A stretch of 64,000 bases of DNA from Octopus sinensis (lineage: Eukaryota), in contig NC_043018.1 in the NCBI RefSeq assembly GCF_006345805.1, positions 22,630,001-22,694,000 on the forward strand, in the 5' to 3' direction. The notes beneath the pieces are model-generated. The model was not told the DNA's origin, searched no databases, and saw nothing but the letters and a program-made list of their open reading frames with translations. The stretch's first letter is position 1, and every line of letters begins with the position of its first letter. The translations under genes were made by a program, and so were the position numbers. Shown here piece by piece: positions 40,564 to 52,026 of this stretch.

Positions 40564-41102
40564 TGTATTCACCCTTGATGTTTACAACTTCTTCCAAACG
40601 TTCAACAACATTTTCAATACCTCCATTGATAGAAATCACCCAATTTCAACTCGAAAAATTGATGTAACCATGCTCTCAATTCTGCATCAGAATTGAACAA
40701 AACTCTGCGCATAGCATTTGAAAGAGATCAAAAGAGGTGGAAATCCGTAGGTGCCAAATCAGGAGAGTATGCCCTTGTGTGGCAGCACTTCCTAGCCATG
40801 CGGTTGAATGACTTCCTTGGTCATATTGGTGATATGAGGATGAGCGTTATCATGCAGCAGAAGAACTTCAAGCTAACAATTAGGTCTTTTCTCTTGAATA
40901 GCCATATTGAGTCGTTCCATCTGTTGAACATAGAGTTCCCCATTGACTGTTTGGTTCCCTTCAAGCAATTCATAATGGATAATCCCTTCCCAGTCCCACC
41001 ATGCGCACAAAATCGTTTTACGCAGATGAAGATCTTGCTTCACGTGCGGTATCGCTTGTTTACCAGGGTTAAGCCATTCCTTACGCTGCTTCACATTGAT
41101 GT

Positions 41103-41523
41103 TAGGACACCTACCATATTCTGAGCGCCTTGTTTCCCTGGGCATGGATTCACTGAAGCTCCGGTGTCTGGCGACGGACTTGGTAAACGCCCACAAAGTT
41201 GTCAACCACCTCACCAATAACAACACTGAACACCTTTTTGATCTCCATGTGTCTAACACACATGGACATGCCTACAAAGTCAGAAAACAACACAGCTCCC
41301 ATGACTTTCGGAAACATTTCTTCACGCTCAGAGTTGCTGAAGCATGGAATAAACTGCCTGCGTCAGTTGTTGACTGCCATGACACTGCATCCTTTAAGGC
41401 CCTCATGCTTTCCGAAATCCGTCGAAACTACACCTGATTATATATACACTTTAGATGAGTTGTAGTGCACCTGAGCACTGTACACAATGTTTATTATTAT
41501 TATTATTATTATATTATTAACAA
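41103..41523 (+). mobile_element. 5'-truncated CR1-type LINE 3' end inserted in the mariner
   Basis: ORF LKLRCLATDL...TRGH-like...FFTLRVAEAWNKLPASVV; (ATT)n tail. Related 3' fragments at about 34276-34390 (-) and 46040-46250 (+). Confidence 0.8.
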
Positions 41524-42189
41524 ATGTACAGGCACCATTTTTCGTTGCCAGCAACGATTCAGTAAAGAAATTGTTGCTTGTATCCATGAGCAGAATGGTG
41601 ACGAACAAGCAAACCAGTGGAGTTTGTGGCTCTTTGATTTTTGTTGTTGTCGCTTAAAGCATACAGAACCCATGCTCCATACTTCTGAACCTTTCCCATC
41701 GAGTGAAGATGTTTCTCTATAGCAGTGTGGGAGCATTCCATTTTCTCTGCCAGTTCTCTTGTCATTTGACGAGAATTTTTGTGCAAAAGTTGGTTTAATC
41801 ACTCTTCATCGAACTCAACGGGACGGCCAGAATGAGGTGCGTCTTTGAAGTCAAAATTTCCATTTTTGAACTTGGCATACCAATCATGAGTGGTTCTTTC
41901 AGCTATGGCACCTTCTCCATACACAGCACAAATGTTGCAAGCAACTCTTGCAGCCTTAGAACCTTGATTAAAAGCAAAAATAAGGAGGTGTTGAAAATGC
42001 TCGTTTTTCTTAACTTGACATTCCAGTTTAATAATTTGAACATAAACAAAAATTAACTGGAAAAATACAAAAGAGATTCCAAAATCATCCAAAAATTCTT
42101 GAAAAATATAGATTTTCAAAATTTAAAAACAATAAATTCAAAAATTTTTTTTTTAAATGGCGGGAACTTAGCTGGCAACCCAATATATC

Positions 42190-42825
42190 TTGGTGGATTC
42201 CTCCTTTTCGCCTTCGGCCCAGTGCGTCCATGCTGCCAACAAAGCACGCGGAATTCTGTTCTTGATTCGACGGTCATTCGGAATGCTCACAGCAGCCATA
42301 TTCCTACCACTCTATGTCACGCTGGTGAGACCCATATTGGAGTACGGGATTCAAGCCTCTTCTCCTTATCTCCTCAAAGACATACAGCATCTCGAAAGAG
42401 TCCAGAAGCTGGCTACCCGCATGGTTCATGGTCTCAAAAATTTGTCCTACGAAGAAAGGCTGAGGACGCTCGACCTTTATTCTCTTGAAAAACGTGGTGA
42501 TCTCAATCTCGCCCACAACATCATAAGCGGAAAGTGTAACCTCTCGAAAGAGCTGTTCTTCACTCCTGCTCCAGAGCGTTGGCTGCGGGGTCATTCCGAA
42601 AAGCTCTACCTGCGACGATTTCATCTCAATCGAAGGAGAGGAGCTTTCTCTGTCTGGGTTGCGGATCCGTGGAACAAGCTGCCAGACGAGATGGTGAAGA
42701 TGCCGACGACCGCTTGACCTCAAGTGGCCTGAACTCTTTACATGAACACCACCCTGTACTTAACTCCATGTCCCCCTACATGGCCTTGCTATTTGCTTTT
42801 GAGCCAAATTAACTAACTAACATAT
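42190..42825 (+). mobile_element. 5'-truncated CR1-type LINE 3' end (second family)
   Basis: ORF with LYVTLVRPILEYGIQASSPY, LERVQKLATRMV, LSYEERL and WNKLPDEMV; (AACT)n tail. Confidence 0.85.
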
Positions 42826-42935
42826 ATATATATTAAGTATTTTCAAAGTGGAAAAATTTACAGATTTTTTCTCTTACAAGGTTTTTCACGCTAACTACTG
42901 ATAATATCTTATAAAGATTTTATCCTTAATTTTAA

Positions 42936-42976
<41 letters not shown>

Positions 42977-43065
42977 CATATATATGTGTGTGTCTCTGTG
43001 TGTAAAGAATCATTTAAAAAATTTTGTTTTTAGAAGCATTGACTGTGTTTCATATTATACAGCCA

Positions 43066-43906
43066 AAAAAGTAATATTTCGAGCATAGTATAGCTGTGAA
43101 AACAGCGGAAAGATTGGGTATTGCTACTTTTGTAAGATGGAAAAAGTTCTCAGCTGAAAGTCACAGGATTTGAACCTGCACTCCTCAGATACCGTTTAAT
43201 TTGATGGAGATTGTTGTCAGCAGGCAGTTCAGCTCAATGGTACAGTACTCAGCTGGTATGCGAGGGGTACTAGTTTGAGTCCCGTAGCTGTCTGCTGACA
43301 ACTTTGTAAGATGGAAAAAGTTCTCAGCTGAAAGTCACAGGATTTGAACCTGCACTCCTCAGATACCATTTAATTTGATGGAGATTGTTGTCAGGAGGCA
43401 GTTCAGCTCAATGGTACAGTACTCAGCTGGTATGCGAGGGGTACTAGTTTGAGTCCCGTAGCTGTCTGCTGACAATTTTGTAAGATTGAAAAAGTTCTCA
43501 GCTGAAAGTCACAGGATTTGAACCTGCACTCCTCAGATACCGTTTAATTTGATGGAGATTGTTGTCAGCAGGCAGTTCAGCTCAATGGTACAGTACTCAG
43601 CTGGTATGCGAGGGGTACTAGTTTGAGTCCCGTAGCTGTCTGCTGACAACTTTGTAAGATGGAAAAAGTTCTCAGCTGAAAGTCACAGGATTTGAACCTG
43701 CACTCCTCAGATACCGTTTAATTTGATGGAGATTGTTGTCAGCAGGCAGTTCAGCTCAATGGTACAGTACTCAGCTGGTATGCGAGGGGTACTAGTTTGA
43801 GTCCCGTAGCTGTCTGCTGACAACTTTTACCATCTTATAAGGGTAAAACCCCAACCTTTCTGCTGTTTCCATGGCAGCTATACTGCATTTGAAATATTAC
43901 CTTTGT
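43066..43906. mobile_element. Foldback-like element: about 80-bp terminal inverted repeats enclosing 4 x 174-bp units, each with a tRNA-like sequence
   Basis: TIRs at about 43066-43147 and 43821-43906; units start at 43147, 43321, 43495 and 43669; tRNA-like cores at 43223-43293, 43397-43467, 43571-43641 and 43745-43815. Confidence 0.75.
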
Positions 43907-44186
43907 GTCAGTAAAATACAATTTATTTTTTCCAGCCATTTCTTCATGTTGAACCATTAATCCCTACATATTTTTCTTCTCCTTCCTCCTTTTTTTCATT
44001 CTCTGTCCTTTTTTTATACCTCTCAACTCTTTCTCTCAAACAGCACAGGCTTGAACCGTCAAAGACTTTTCCATTCTTCCCAAGTATTAAACTAATACAC
44101 CTGCTTGTTGTTCCTTCACCTGTCTTCATCTTTTGTTTTTTTTTGTTTTCTGTAAATTTGAATTTTATATATATATATATATATAT

Positions 44187-44217
<31 letters not shown>

Positions 44218-44325
44218 TATACTGGAGTAAACACATAAATGTGAAACAAGGTGGAAAAAAGAGTACTCAAATACCAGTGGTAGAGTAATATGCTTTATTT
44301 AAAGCAGCAGAAAATTCAACAAAAC

Positions 44326-44362
44326 CTGTTACTCTGAGTTTCCGTTGCCGTTCGTCGGACAG
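44326..44362 (-). ncRNA. Minimal hammerhead-like motif with CCGACGA core, inside a spacerless palindrome (44290-44452)
   Basis: CTGT-CCGACGA-A-CG GCAA CG-GAAAC-TCAGA-GTA-ACAG; plus-strand mirror at 44379-44416; degenerate half copy at 22166-22202. Confidence 0.55.
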
Positions 44363-44670
44363 TTTTTGCTAGCAAAAACTATCCGACGAACGGCAACGGG
44401 AAACTCTGAGTAACAGGTTTTGTTGAATTTTCTGCTGCTTTAAATAAAGTATATATATATATATATATATAATAATATGTTACAATTACTCAATAGTCAA
44501 GATAAAACTATGAGTTTCAGATGCCGAAGTGGAAATCCACAACACCATCTCTTCGGTTATCTGGCCATCTGAAAAACTTTTAATCTTAATTTATATAAGT
44601 AGCAGAATTATAAACACAGTAATTTCCCTTTATATAACGGTATTTTTTCATAGCATTTTTTCAGACGGCC

Positions 44671-44733
44671 AGATAACCGAAGAGATGGTGTTGTGGATTT
44701 CCACTTCGGCATCTGAAACTCAGAGTTTTATCT
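44671..44733 (+). ncRNA. Hammerhead-like motif with CCGAAGA core, inside an inverted repeat (44476-44757)
   Basis: AGATAA-CCGAAGA-GATG..CATC-T-GAAAC-TCAGA-GTT-TTATCT; stem I is 6 bp and perfect. Confidence 0.45.
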
Positions 44734-44866
44734 TGACTATTGAGTAATTGTAACATATTATTCTATAGATAAATTTCCTCTATTTACATAATATTGAGGT
44801 CTCTTTCTTCTTTTTGTTATCTTACCATTTTTACCAATATATATATATATATATATATATGTATAT

Positions 44867-44922
<56 letters not shown>

Positions 44923-44986
44923 ACATGCACATTTATATATACATGCACACATACATGCACATTGCATATATGTAAACCTAAGAATA

Positions 44987-45026
<40 letters not shown>

Positions 45027-45493
45027 ATTATATATATATATATACATATTTTATATATATATATATATATATCATCAACAATCAAGGAACGGCCATAATA
45101 GGCCATTCACCCACTAGAAATAACAGCCAAGCTTCAACCGCAATAAAAATTAATTCCGTAAACCAGGAGAAAATTTAAAAAACATTTACCCTGTAATTTC
45201 TTATACGATGCACCGTTTCATCTGCTGTTTAATGGTAAACTAACCTGATTAAATTAAATCAAGCCAATCTTCCATAGGCCCTCAGATTCTTCAGTAAGAA
45301 ATAGCCCAAGTCGGAACAGATATTTTCACGAGGCATTTCCGACCCTGCCAAGGTAATATCTGACCTAAAATTTTCAAATCATCGCACTCGCGCCAAATTT
45401 ATCAGCAGCAAATAAATATAAGCCGTCGATTCCATTACGGAATAACCAGAAAATTCATAATAATCATATAGGGTGGCAAAAAAAATTTTGTAA

Positions 45494-45527
<34 letters not shown>

Positions 45528-45529
45528 CA

Positions 45530-45584
<55 letters not shown>

Positions 45585-46899
45585 TATTCTTAGGTTTACA
45601 TATATGCAAATGTGCATGTATGTGTGCATTTCTGTCTATGATGTGTGTATGTATGCACATGCATTCAATCGTATATACATTTGTTCTCTCACCCCTATTT
45701 TCCATTCTACTTCAATGCGTTTCCTCCTCCTACCACAACTCCCCACCTCACCACTAATATCCTTTATAAATGTTTTTTTTGTTTATTCATTTGAAGAAGA
45801 AAGAGAAAATAAAAGAAAAGAAACTGTTATGTTTTTTTTTAAATAAATATATTTTTAAAAATATACATTTTTAGTCTTTTGTTTTGTTATTTTCACGTCG
45901 TATTTGTTTAGACCCAGGTGAGCCCTGATCCAGCAGACCTGTAATTATAAGGACATTCCATATACGACCATCTCACTCTTTATTCAAACATAGTTGACTT
46001 GTTTCAGTCATCAGTTGTTAGTTGTCGGAGCACTGCATCCTTCAAAACTCCATGCTTCCTGAGATTCGCCAACACTACACCTGATTTTCTCCCCCTCCAT
46101 ACACATGCAAGCATGTATCTGACTCATACACTGTTCACTTTCCAGACATTTGTATATTACTGCATATACTTTATACGCACTTTTTGACAAGTTGTGGTGC
46201 ACCTGAGCACTGTATACAATAATTTCATCATTATCATTATTATTATTATTATTCGACTGATTGTTTACTGCATTGATGGGTTTTAACCAAATGAAGTGAC
46301 TTCAGTACTTATTGTTTTAAGTCTGGCAGCTATTTTATCATTCTCTAAGTTATGGGAATGTAAACAAACCAATATTGGCTGTCAAGCAGTGAGGATGACA
46401 AACATACATACACACACACACACAATAAAAAATTATTAATGAGAGATTATCAGTCAGGAAAGAATACTTCTTAAGCTCTCTACTAATGCAAATACACCAG
46501 ACTCACAGAAAGATTCTTTGATTGGTGTAGAATTCTAGGTGATGCTAAGGCGACATCCAAAGTTGAAGTCCATCATCAGTTGACTTTGTAAATGCATTGT
46601 TGCTTGTAAAGCCATAATTAATATGTTTACACAGTGATATACAAAGAAAATGTATAAATAATGGGCTTTACACATTTATTAATTTGTGCAATGTAGACTT
46701 ACAGGTGTTTCTGATACACATTTTTGGTGCATTGATGGTTGCATTGACTCAGTCAGTCGATTGATTGAAAAAGCAAACATCATCATTACTGTTACCCTTT
46801 TACGTCCATTTTCCATGCTGGCATGGGTTGCATTGTTTGACCGGAGATGGCTAAGCATAAGACCACACCAGACTTCACTGTCTGTTTTGGCAAGGTTTT

Positions 46900-47378
46900 T
46901 ATGGCTGGATGCCCTTCCAAAAGCCAGCCACCTTACGGAGTGGACTGAGTGCTTTTTATGTGGGACCAGCACCAGTGAGGTCTGCTTTCAAATTGTCTTT
47001 ACAGCTGGATGCCCTTCCTCACACCAACTACCTTACAGAGTGCTTTTTATGTGGCACCAGCACCAGTGAGGTCTACTTTGGAATGGGCATTACAGTTGGA
47101 TGCCCTTCCTCACACCAGCTACCTTACATAGTGCTTTTTATGAGGCACCAGCACCAGTGAGGCCTACTTTGAAATAGGCTTTACAGCTGGATGCCCTTCC
47201 TCACACCAACTACCTTACAGAGTGCTTTTTATGAGGCACCAGCACCAGTGAGGCCTACTTTGGAATAGGCTTTACAGCTGGATGTCCTTCCTCACACCAG
47301 CTACCTTACATAGTGCTTTTTATGTGGCACCAGCACCAGTGAGGCCTACTTTGGAATGGGCTTTACAGCTGGATGCTG
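46900..47378. repeat. 91-bp tandem repeat derived from the (GAT)n-tailed SINE
   Basis: The CTGGATG anchor recurs at 47005, 47096, 47187, 47278 and 47369. Confidence 0.85.
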
Positions 47379-47985
47379 TATTAATTTTGGTGATTATATT
47401 CTTGTCACTTTTTGGTCCCAAGTCAATCCTCGTAGACCTTAGATCAAAGAGACTTCATTCAACTTTTAAAATACACTAGGATAGCACATTTTTTATTATA
47501 TTTTTAAATGGATTTGCTTATCTTTCATTTTATGTGTTGCTGTTGGAGATTGTGTTTGTGTTGGTGACAGAAACACACATGTACACATACACACATTTAT
47601 ATATATACATATACAATATCATCATCATCATCATCATCATTTAGCGTCCGTTCTCCATGCTAGCATGGGTTGGACGGTTCAACTGGGGTCTGTGAAGCTG
47701 GAAGGCTTCATCAGGCCCAGTCAGATCTGGCAGTGTTTCTACGGCTGGATGCCCTTCCTAACGCCAACCACTCCGTGAATGTAGTGGGTGCTTTTTACGT
47801 GCCACCCGCACAGGTGCCAGACAGAGCTGGCAAACGGCCACGAAACGGATGGTGCTTTTACGTGTCACCGGCACGGGGGCCAAGCGAGGCTGGCAACGGA
47901 ACATTTTACAATTCTAATAATTAAAAATTTATTTAAAAAAAAAAAAAAAAAAAAAAGGGTAATGATATTATAGAAACAAGCTTAG

Positions 47986-48041
<56 letters not shown>

Positions 48042-48235
48042 GTAGGTCCCGGGTTGAGTCGGGTTAACCACAGTAAATAAGGTACTCAATACATAGCAGA
48101 GTAAATTAATTTATTTTATAGAAGGAGCTTCTACAGGACTAGAACTGTTTCATTCAAATGAAATCATCAGGAAGCTTCCTGATGATTTCATTTGAATGAA
48201 ACAGTTCTAGTCCTGTAGAAGCTCCTGCTATAAAA

Positions 48236-48283
<48 letters not shown>

Positions 48284-49186
48284 GGTCCCGGGTTGAGTCG
48301 GGGTTAACCACAGTAAATAAGGTACTCATACATAGCAGAGGAAATTAATTTATTTTATAGAAGGAGCTTCTACAGGACTAGAACTGTTTCATTCAATGAA
48401 ATCATCAGGAAGCTTCCTGATGATTTCATTTGAATGAAACAGTTCTAGTCCTGTAGAAGCTCCTGCTATAAAATAAAAATACATATATATATATATATAT
48501 AATATATATATATATATTTAGAAGAAATGAGGTACTCAGAAAATCGGATGGTTTATATTTACAGATATTTATTTGTATATTACAGTTTTTATATATATCA
48601 CATCACTTAGATCATTAGCGCTTTCTCCCATTCTAGTGGGGGTTTTCGAATCAAACTCAGTTCCTGTGTGAGGAGTTTTGACTATTTTATAGTGGACTAT
48701 TTTATAGAGTTTGTAGTGGTGGGGAGGAATAAGACATAGAGAGGAGTGAGGAGAGAGATAAGGAGAAGAGAAAGGTGTAGAGAGAATGTGAGATGTGGTG
48801 TGTGTGTGTTTTTGGATCTGGGATGAGTGCTAAAAAAAAGTATATATATATATACTCACCTCATATTATGTGCATTTATATATACATGTATGTGTGTGTG
48901 CATATATGTGTGTGTAATGTGATGCTTGTGTTTCCAAATTGTTAACTATATACTTTGATCTTAACTAAAACTCAAGTGGCCATTGAGATAAGAAGAACGT
49001 GAAGTTTTAAATTGTTAACAATTCAAAACTAGGCAATGCGAATTTTTGTAAGAGTGAAATTACAGGACACGTCCTGAACTTAATGGTTATACTTTACAGT
49101 TTCCGCAAGCGCCAAATCCCATAAGCTGAGGCAGCCGTAATGCAGGAAACGCCAATGTATATAAATATACGTGTGTGTGTGTGTGT

Positions 49187-49242
49187 AGATAGACAGACAG
49201 ACAGATAGACGATAGACAGACAGATAGATAGATAGATAGATT

Positions 49243-49322
<80 letters not shown>

Positions 49323-49383
49323 CATAGATAGATACATAGATACATAGACAGATAGATAGATACATAGACAGATAGATAGATAC

Positions 49384-49421
<38 letters not shown>

Positions 49422-49430
49422 TGATAGATT

Positions 49431-49463
<33 letters not shown>

Positions 49464-49464
49464 T

Positions 49465-49510
<46 letters not shown>

Positions 49511-49551
49511 CATAGACAGATAGATAGATACATAGACAGATAGATAGATAC

Positions 49552-49607
<56 letters not shown>
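49187..49607. repeat. (GATA)n microsatellite
   Basis: About 420 bp of TAGA/TACA/CAGA variants. Confidence 0.95.
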
Positions 49608-49609
<2 letters not shown>

Positions 49610-50425
49610 GTTTCTTTATTAGCCACACAGGGCTGAACACAGACGGGACAATTTTCAAAGTAGAGCTTTTCTTTTGGGGGAGAAAAAAAAGTGGGGTAGG
49701 TTTTCGATCAAAAGGGATCGTAAAAAAGAAAGGAAAAATAATTTTAAAAAATTTAAAAAACGATCAATAGGGATCGTGTATCCCAGAAATGTCGATCCCT
49801 ATTGATCGTTTTTTCTTTTTTTTTTTTTTTCTTTCAGATAGATAGATAGATGCGCGTGTGTATAAATATATATTTCTTTATTGCCCACAAGGGGCTAAAC
49901 ATCGAGGGAACAAACAAAGAGATTAAGTCGATTACATTGACCCCAGTGCGTGAGTGGTACTTTATTTATCGACCCCGAAAGGATGAAAGGTAAAGTCGAC
50001 CTCGGCGGAATTTGAACTCAGAAAGTAACGGCAGACGAAATACGAATTTCTTTATTGCCCACCGGGGGCCAAACGGCAGACGAAATACGGCTACGCATTT
50101 CGCCCGACGTGCTAACGTTTCTGCCAGCTCGCCGAAGCGTAGGTTTGCGTATAGACATACGCAGATACACATATACAGATATATGTAGACAGAAAACTTA
50201 CACTTGTACACACTCACACATGAACATTCTCAAGTGCGCAGCGTATTCGTAGCACGAGCCAAGAACAGAGCCTCTACATGGTCATTCGAACAGCTTAAAA
50301 TAATCGCCAGTTCTTCCTCAAATTATGCTTTACCGTCTTGTGAAAATAAAAGAAAAGAGAAAAGAAAGAAAAAACGGACACATTAGATAATATAGTGTTA
50401 CACAGTAACTTAAAAAGACGGGGTG

Positions 50426-50854
50426 GGCGATCTTTCGTCTCTAGTAGACCTTTCCGTCGATTTCCGTAAAAATTTTTTTTTTTTTTTACATATGGGCTTG
50501 CGGGAACTTTTGAAGTAATATACATACATATACACATACACCGAGTAAAAAATTTCAGTTATCTCTCTCTTTCACACATTACTCTCTCTGTCTCTTCACA
50601 CACACTAACAGAAGCACTTCACTTACACAACATACTGTCTGTCTCCCACACCCCATCAAACACACACACACACATGTACATCAATGCTTCACATGCACGG
50701 TAACTTCAAAAGAACTTCCCTCGTCATACAATCGCTTTCTATTAGTCTCTTTCGCTCTCATTACTTCAAAAGTTCCCGCAAGCCCATATGTAAAAAAAAA
50801 AAAAAAATTTTTACGGAAATCGACGGAAAGGTCTACTAGAGACGAAAGATTGCC
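50426..50854. mobile_element. MITE with about 95-bp TIRs and 8-bp TSD (Merlin-like)
   Basis: GGCGATCTTTCGTCTCTAGTAGACC...GATTGCC; TSD ACGGGGTG at 50418-50425 and 50855-50862. Confidence 0.8.
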
Positions 50855-51048
50855 ACGGGGTGGTCATGGCTGGGACGCTGTTGCCCATAAGGTCTTCTGA
50901 ATGAGGATTGAACTGAGATTGAACGGGACCGTGTTAGTAAGATTATAACGAAGGAAGTAAATCTTATCAAGGGAGATCATTCAGACGGCATATTATCATT
51001 TAATTGGTGACTGGAGTCACACGGTGCTTGATTAGGTTTGCGAGCATC

Positions 51049-51583
51049 ATGTTTGACAGATATCTCCATTCATTCCACACTTTTCCATCTCATTCCGTTC
51101 TTTCATCTTCTAATTATTATTGTTCTGTATCTTTATCATCGAGGAGCAAATCGAAACCTCGTCTGAATTTCTCGGTGCTTCTATCAACGGTTTTCTTCCT
51201 AGTATCTTCGTTGTCATCGTTTGCAGTGAGAGGAGCAGATGCGAGTGATGATGTTGAAGAATTATGCCAGCAATTAGGCCCTTGTAAATGCAGAATGGCC
51301 AACGAAACAGGTGAGATAAATCTGAAGAATGTTGCCTTCTTCAACGGTAAACCACGTTTCGTTATTGCTCTCAACCAGACCTTCTCCGTGGCCTACAACC
51401 CTTGCGTTGGATTTACGTTGGCACCGGGTCCTGATGTTTCCGATAAGTGCAAAGATGCAGCTGTGTGTGTCTTCAAAGTGTCCGACAAGAACTCTTCCTA
51501 CAGAAACAGGGGTCAGTCGAAGTCAGCCAAGTTCCAATTTGACCAAGAATCCAGCAAATTCTTCATAAGTTATACGTCTCCAG
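51049..51583 (+). CDS. Cation-dependent mannose-6-phosphate receptor / ATG27-like protein, exon 1 (signal region plus N-terminal MRH-like domain)
   Basis: ATG at 51049; hydrophobic signal (FSVLLSTVFFLVSSLSSFA); C..LGPCKC, YNPC..F and C.DAAVC motifs; N-glycosylation sequons NET, NQT, NSS; phase-1 GTAAAT donor. The start codon is less certain than the 3' boundary. Confidence 0.82.
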
Positions 51584-51704
51584 GTAAATACAAACCAACG
51601 TATATACATATTGCACACATAAACAGATATACATATTTCACGTCCAAACTCACATAAATGTGAATGTGTAAAGCTAGGATGATACATATATATTTGTGTA
51701 TGTG

Positions 51705-51736
<32 letters not shown>

Positions 51737-51969
51737 TATATGTGGAGTAGATGAAATTAAGGCGACTGAAGAAGGGGAATTTTCCTTGTTTTGTATGTCC
51801 TGTACTCTATTTTTTCGTTGTTTTAAAAAGATGCCCATTTCCTTGGTTTTGTGTTTATGTTTTCGTTTCTCATTGTGTTCGACGTTTTTTGGTGTCCTGT
51901 ACCCATATATGCATGTATATATACATGTAGAGGTAGGTACGTACATATACGTATGTATATATGCATATA

Positions 51970-52026
<57 letters not shown>

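Larger units (their letters stand above)
40102..42183 (-). mobile_element. Full-length, decayed mariner element interrupted by a SINE and a CR1 fragment
   Basis: TIRs TT(A/G)GGTTG(A/C)CA(A/G)CTAAGTTCCC(A/G)CCATTT flanked by TA; transposase motifs SGRPVEFDEE, GAWVLYAL, NEKWC, LCAWWDWEGIIHYELL and YSPDLAPTDFHLF; about 1.29 kb after removing the inserts. Confidence 0.88.

Noticed and set aside
43223-43293. Functional tRNA-Thr(GGT) gene call
   Set aside because: The anticodon and T stems each have two mismatches and the D stem is broken, so it is treated as tRNA-derived rather than a tRNA gene.
51004-51048. ORF-track start of the M6PR-like gene
   Set aside because: It is a TTG codon; the first in-frame ATG is at 51049.
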